Source: Candidatus Poribacteria bacterium (GTDB lineage: Bacteria; Poribacteria; WGA-4E; WGA-3G). Taken from it: DNA of 64,000 nt. Made by a program: the position numbers and the translations under genes. The notes beneath the pieces are model-generated. The model was not told where the DNA came from, did no database searches, and worked only from the letters and a program-made list of their open reading frames with translations. Position 1 is the stretch's first letter, and each line of letters starts with the position of its first letter. Below, piece after piece: positions 62,414 to 64,000 of this stretch. The stretch covers positions 224,001-288,000 of the forward strand of contig CAXXUA010000004.1 of NCBI GenBank assembly GCA_963663765.2. The letters are read 5' to 3'.

Positions 62414-63343
62414 ATGAATAATAATTCAGTAATTACCCTTCCAATTGTTACTCCAAAAATACACAAACGTAGACATCCATCATGGATAAAGGCGCGTGTT
62501 CCTAGTGGTAAAAACTACACAGACCTAAAACAACTCATGCGTAATTTAAAACTACACACAGTCTGTGAAGAAGCAAAATGTCCCAATATCGGTGAATGTT
62601 GGAATAGTCGTACTGCTACATTTATGATTTTAGGAGATGTCTGCACACGTCGGTGTATGTTCTGTGCAGTAAAAAAAGGGAAGCCAAACGGTAACGCAGA
62701 CAAAGATGAACCCAGAAGACTTGGAGAAGCTGTAGGCTATTTGAAACTAAATCACGTTGTCATCACTTCTGTCAATCGTGACGATTTGTCTGATGGTGGA
62801 GCAACAGTATTTGCAGAATGTATCTCCGAAGCGCGGAAAAACCGTCCAACTTGTACCGTTGAAGTTCTTATACCTGATCTTGAAGGAAACTGGGACGCAC
62901 TTGAAGTGATCATACAAGCACAACCAGAAATACTAAACCACAATACCGAAACTGTTAAAAGACTCTATCGTCGTGTCAGACCTTATGCAAATTACCAACA
63001 ATCTTTAAATCTCTTAAAACTTGGTAAGAAAATGAATCCTAAAGCTCTTACAAAATCGGGACTTATGGTAGGTTTAGGTGAAACAATAATTGAACTCTTA
63101 GAAACTATGCAAGATATTCGTAACACGGGATGCGACATTCTTACAATCGGGCAGTATCTATCTCCATCCGCACGGCACCTTCCTATTCAACGTTATTATA
63201 CGCCTGAGGAATTCAATGAGTTAAAAGATGCAGGCTATGATATGGGTTTTCGCCATGTAGAATCTGGAGCCTTGGTTCGTAGTTCATACCACGCAAAAGA
63301 ACAAGCACAATTATCATTATTGAATTTAGCAGCCAAATCATAA
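62414..63343 (+). CDS. lipA: Lipoyl synthase
   Basis: CEEAKCPNIGEC, CTRRCMFC, VRSSYHA; start moved past the tRNA. Confidence 0.97.
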   Translation: MNNNSVITLPIVTPKIHKRRHPSWIKARVPSGKNYTDLKQLMRNLKLHTVCEEAKCPNIGECWNSRTATFMILGDVCTRRCMFCAVKKGKPNGNADKDEPRRLGEAVGYLKLNHVVITSVNRDDLSDGGATVFAECISEARKNRPTCTVEVLIPDLEGNWDALEVIIQAQPEILNHNTETVKRLYRRVRPYANYQQSLNLLKLGKKMNPKALTKSGLMVGLGETIIELLETMQDIRNTGCDILTIGQYLSPSARHLPIQRYYTPEEFNELKDAGYDMGFRHVESGALVRSSYHAKEQAQLSLLNLAAKS

Positions 63344-63729
63344 TTTATCCCAGTGGTGTTTAAAGTTTGGTATTATTTATCCTGAAAATCTTGGTACAGA
63401 CGGAATAGTATTCCGCTCAAGCAGCCATCAGCAAACCACAGAAACCAAAAGTCATCATACCCTCAATCTCATTGGATATATATTGGATATATATTGGGAA
63501 TCCCCAAAGACAATCACACAAAAAACAACAAATCCCATTTAAAATCACAAAATATATCATATCTAAATGATTATGTAGCATTATTTCGTAGGTCGCAGGG
63601 TTATTTAGTTTTCAATATTTTTGGTATTATCTTGCTATGTCGTTAATTTTATGGGATACCATCTTGTCTCGTTCTTTAGTCCCGTATGAAGATTAATTTA
63701 TTAATCGGGTAATAAATATTTTTCAGATT

Positions 63730-64000
63730 GTAGGTGTGCTTTGTAAGCGCGCTCTTGGGACTTGATGTGCCAGCGCGCTTACAAAGCACGCCTGCAGGTG
63801 GGTGGGGGCGCTTACAAAGCACGCCTGCAGGTGGGGGGCAGTTGGAGGGCGCGCGGACAAAGCACGCCTGCAGGTGGAGGGCAATTGGAGGGTGCGCGGA
63901 CAAAGCACGCCTGCAGGTGGGGGGCAGTTGGAGGGCGCGCGGACAAAGCACGCCTGCAGGTGGGGGGCAGCTGGAGGGCGCGCGGACAAAGCACGCCTGC
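63730..64000 (+). repeat. REP doublet plus tandem array (GCGCGGACAAAGCACGCCTGCAGGTGGGGGCAGTTGGAGG), runs off the window
   Basis: Same upstream flank and doublet as 24570-24670. Confidence 0.85.

Overview
AT-rich bacterial chromosomal window, most likely Candidatus Poribacteria (inferred from secreted proteins ending in a VxPxxK-x3-WGxLK-type tail, phytanoyl-CoA dioxygenase paralogues and repeat-packed intergenic DNA). Housekeeping and metabolic genes: metallophosphoesterase, two PhyH dioxygenases, sodC, two TonB-dependent receptors, DUF4159/DUF4175-like/nagZ, dgoD plus two sugar isomerases, a DGGGP-synthase-like UbiA, TrmH methylase, archease, CRTAC1-like protein, AddA-like helicase, ABC ATPase, selA, lepA, lepB, selB, tRNA-Sec and lipA. 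Accessory signals: (1) an Rpn-family nuclease followed by two headless tandem copies that each keep an internal GGAGG-ATG start, suggesting an antitoxin array, inserted with a duplicated host-gene 3' end; (2) several nested miniature mobile elements, including a ~140 bp element flanked by ~19-21 bp direct repeats and 34-45 bp hairpin micro-inserts seen in both filled and empty alleles; (3) CRISPR-like but non-CRISPR arrays grown from one REP arm, one with a four-word spacer vocabulary; (4) polymorphic cassettes of membrane-anchored paralogues with decayed secreted partners and a GspC-like gene; (5) an unannotated 37-aa basic microprotein. All calls were made by eye; no database searches were run.
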